Below the pieces are notes generated by a model. The model saw only the letters and a list, made by a program, of their open reading frames with translations, searched no databases and was not told the origin of the DNA. A stretch of 40,940 nt of DNA from NCBI RefSeq assembly GCF_001194135.2, contig NC_068984.1:61220834-61261773 (forward strand). The letters run 5' to 3'. A program made the position numbers and the translations under genes. This DNA is from Octopus bimaculoides (taxonomy: Eukaryota). Every line of letters begins with the position of its first letter. The first letter of the stretch is position 1. Shown here in pieces: positions 37,439 through 40,940 of the stretch.

Positions 37439-38394
37439 GCTCATGATTAAGACTTATCATTTTCAAGAAGAAGAGTAATCATATTGGTTTTAGCAATACA
37501 ATACGTGCATACATAAATACATACATAAATATATATANNNNNNNNNNNNNNNNNNNNNNNNNNNNNNNNNNNNNNNNNNNNNNNNNNNNNNNNNNNNNNN
37601 NNNNNNNNNNNNNNNNNNNNNNNNNNNNNNNNNNNNNNNNNNNNNNNNNNNNNNNNNNNNNNNNNNNNNNNNNNNNNNNNNNNNNNNNNNNNNNNNNNNN
37701 NNNNNNNNNNNNNNNNNNNNNNNNNNNNNNNNNNNNNNNNNNNNNNNNNNNNNNNNNNNNNNNNNNNNNNNNNNNNNNNNNNNNNNNNNNNNNNNNNNNN
37801 NNNNNNNNNNNNNNNNNNNNNNNNNNNNNNNNNNNNNNNNNNNNNNNNNNNNNNNNNNNNNNNNNNNNNNNNNNNNNNNNNNNNNNNNNNNNNNNNNNNN
37901 NNNNNNNNNNNNNNNNNNNNNNNNNNNNNNNNNNNNNNNNNNNNNNNNNNNNNNNNNNNNNNNNNNNNNNNNNNNNNNNNNNNNNNNNNNNNNNNNNNNN
38001 NNNNNNNNNNNNNNNNNNNNNNNNNNNNNNNNNNNNNNNNNNNNNNNNNNNNNNNNNNNNNNNNNNNNNNNNNNNNNNNNNNNNNNNNNNNNNNNNNNNN
38101 NNNNNNNNNNNNNNNNNNNNNNNNNNNNNNNNNNNNNNNNNNNNNNNNNNNNNNNNNNNNNNNNNNNNNNNNNNNNNNNNNNNNNNNNNNNNNNNNNNNN
38201 NNNNNNNATATATATATATATACAAATTAGTTTTTATAACATACGTAAGCCATCAACATCCACCTTCTGTTTCTGATCTAAAATCATTGTCACCATCATA
38301 GACGTAGCTTGAAGCATGTAAAGAACTATCATTCTGAAGAAACAGTATCTACTTACATATGAACGCAAGATTTCACATGTTGGTTAGGTTTATA

Positions 38395-38485
38395 GACGAT
38401 TACACCGACTACGGTACTTGCTGGTACTTTATTTCAATTCTGAGAGGATGAAAGATAAATTAGACTTTGGTGGACATTGAATTCA
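38395..38485 (-). mobile_element. Old SINE fragment
   Basis: ctggtactttatttcaattctgagaggatgaaagataaattagactttggtggacattgaattc is homologous to 1010-1070. Confidence 0.6.
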
Positions 38486-40400
38486 TTTTCTAAAAGACCA
38501 TAACTAAATACTGAATTTCATTTTGTCGGTCGTATATCTACTGTGATAATTTTCTGCTCCGGCAGACCATCTGCAAAGAAATAAAATTTTAAAACGCAAT
38601 TGATGCATAAAATAAACAACGTAGCAGTCAATAGCTGTAAGTTTTAGATTAGTAACGATATAACAAAGACGTAATGATGAGTGAGTGACAACGAAGTAGA
38701 AAGATAGAATATACCTGGGATTGACTGCGAAATGCTAAATAAATCAATGTACATTAGTTTCAATCATTAAATTATGTTATCATCTACAATCAAGTAATTA
38801 ATTTAATAGTTTCTAAATCTCAAAATATTCAATATTCAATGATTAATGATAAACTATTAAAATCTACGATAAAATCGATAGTTTAATATAAGTATTTCAC
38901 GTAAAGACAACGACTTATCAAAAATAGCAGTATGATCAACTCTAACGCTTTACGTTATTTATATTCTCATCTCTATATTCCGATTTCAATTATAGTCTGA
39001 TGGATATTACATTTCTTACTTTTGTCGTTAGTCAATGAAATAAATATCGACAATGTACTAATTGCAGTTGAAACTACTATATGCTACTGAATTTTATGCA
39101 AAAAAACAACAAATTTATATATTGGTAAAACTCTTAAAGGAGCAGACTTTGATTTCCGTCGTGTAATTGATTTCCGTCGATTGAATTTCATAAATTTCGC
39201 ATATGTTTTTAATATAATTATCAGTAAAATATTTCAGGAAAATATGTTATATCCCGGCTCTTATACGTTTGGAGATGTAGAATTGCTATAGATTACAAAG
39301 AAAGGGACCATGCCTTTTAAGTAATCTAAATGCTTTATCTTCTTTCATATAAGATATGGTTTAATTGTATAATGAATATTTGATTGAACACTTAGGCGTT
39401 CTTTCAGATAATTCTTCAAGGAAAACACTTAAATATTTTAATTTCAAACGTTCTACAAAATCTAGGATGTTTGGGTAACTCTTTTCTAACGTTCACTGAT
39501 TTAATAATCAAACAGCTGTCTGATTGTGCGACTAGCAGTACGAATTACGCATGTATCTTAAGTAATTAAATTAGTGGTCGACAGCCATTACAAACTATTC
39601 ATGCAGTAACAATTCAATTATCACGTAAACTAATGCACTAAGGAACAGTGCATTTTTGTTCTCATTTGTAACACCTATTTACAGTTAAGAGGATCTAGGC
39701 CACATCTGAGTTTCCTGTCATCATCACGAACAGATAAACTGCCCGAAACAACACGAATAGCAGAATTCTGACGTAGGGATCAACGAGTCTGTAATCATTG
39801 AAAGATACCTCTAAGATTAGAGATGACAACCATAAAATGAAAATAAAAGAGTTGATACTTAAATATAAGTGCAACACTACGTACTATCTTGTAATAACAA
39901 TGTGCAGTTATAAACGTTTTTTTTAAGTTTGGAAAATGGTTGTTGGCATCACAATACTGACGCTGGCGCAAGATGAAACAAAAACAAACATACAAAAACT
40001 CAAAGTAAAATAGTATCACGTGATTAAATGTCCACGAAGATCAAGTGAAACCACCAAACTGAAATAGGCACACTTCATCTACGAACAGTAAGTCGTATAT
40101 AACAGGCATATTAGCTTGTACTTACTAGATTTAAAAAAATCGTCTATTTGGTGTTTAGATTGTCATCCTCCAGAGGCTTACTTTCTGAAGATTATTGTAT
40201 ATGGAGGTACCAGTATTCAAAACTGTAGCCAATGAAACCAATAAGCCCCTCATAGGTATCAGGTCATCAAGGAATTAAAAAAAATATATGACGCAATTGA
40301 TGCATAAATAAACAACGCAATTGATGCATATGTGTGTGTATGTGTGGGTGTCTCTCTATATATATGTGTGTGTGCGTGTGTGTGTATTAATTCATGCATC

Positions 40401-40460
40401 TTTTATCTTTTACTTGTTTCAGTTATTTGACTGCGGCCATGCTTGTCACCGCTTTGAAAG
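40401..40460 (-). mobile_element. SINE 3' tail
   Basis: Minus ttcaaagcggtgacaagcatggccgcagtcaaataactgaaacaagtaaaagataaaa. Confidence 0.7.
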
Positions 40461-40681
40461 GTTCTGGCCACACAGCAGGTTTTGGGATCTTTGGCACTGC
40501 CCAGTGTCGACCCATTGTAGCATTTGTGTAGTTTTTAATGCCAAAATTTGGCAAATTCCTCCCAGGAAATTTGGTATGCTCGCCGCCGCCAGACGGCCTC
40601 ACGAAAGCTAACAAACTGATGCCTCGAAGTCGCTGTTATCCCTCTTCTTGTAACAGTTTAACAAACGCACACATACATGAA

Positions 40682-40734
<53 letters not shown>
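40682..40734. repeat. (ATCT)n microsatellite
   Basis: Directly visible. Confidence 0.95.
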
Positions 40735-40940
40735 GAACGACGGAGCCATCTTGAGCATAACCCTAGGAACAAGAAAAAAAAATAAAACAAAAAGGCAAAA
40801 GAGAGTCACTTACTGTTATAGTTTCTTCAATGAGAATATTGACCAAGGTTACCGTGGTCTTTTCCGTAGGCTTTTCCTTCCACGGCTAAACCTAAACTGT
40901 CCTCCCCTCTTTTACACGAGAATATTACTGTGTGATACAC

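Overview
AT-rich eukaryotic scaffold with seven N-gaps and dense microsatellites. The SINE families and repeat style point to a coleoid cephalopod, probably Octopus (inferred from recalled repeat consensus, not a database search). I found no intact, recognisable protein-coding gene, and most of the ORF track is microsatellite or low-complexity noise. Supportable content is mostly mobile DNA: a ~1.0 kb non-autonomous Helitron with both termini (6315-7334, -), an internally deleted Rep/helicase Helitron (~15476-16816, +), an R4/Dong-like RLE retrotransposon fragment beside (TAA)n, a truncated DD37D/maT-type Tc1/mariner transposase, an L1/Tx1-like ORF1 with a CCHC knuckle, two MITE-like inverted-repeat elements, several tRNA-type SINE copies and a 433-bp-period tandem duplication. 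The main find is a complete-looking type I hammerhead ribozyme on the minus strand (17686-17804). It has the canonical CUGAGGA/GAAA/GUA core, a minimal stem III and an unusually long (90 nt), Y-branched stem II. A second, decayed hammerhead of the same architecture but a different stem II sequence lies at 24631-24768 (+). Both have GATTAAAA 2 nt after the cleavage site. A few candidate spliced exons are reported at low confidence.
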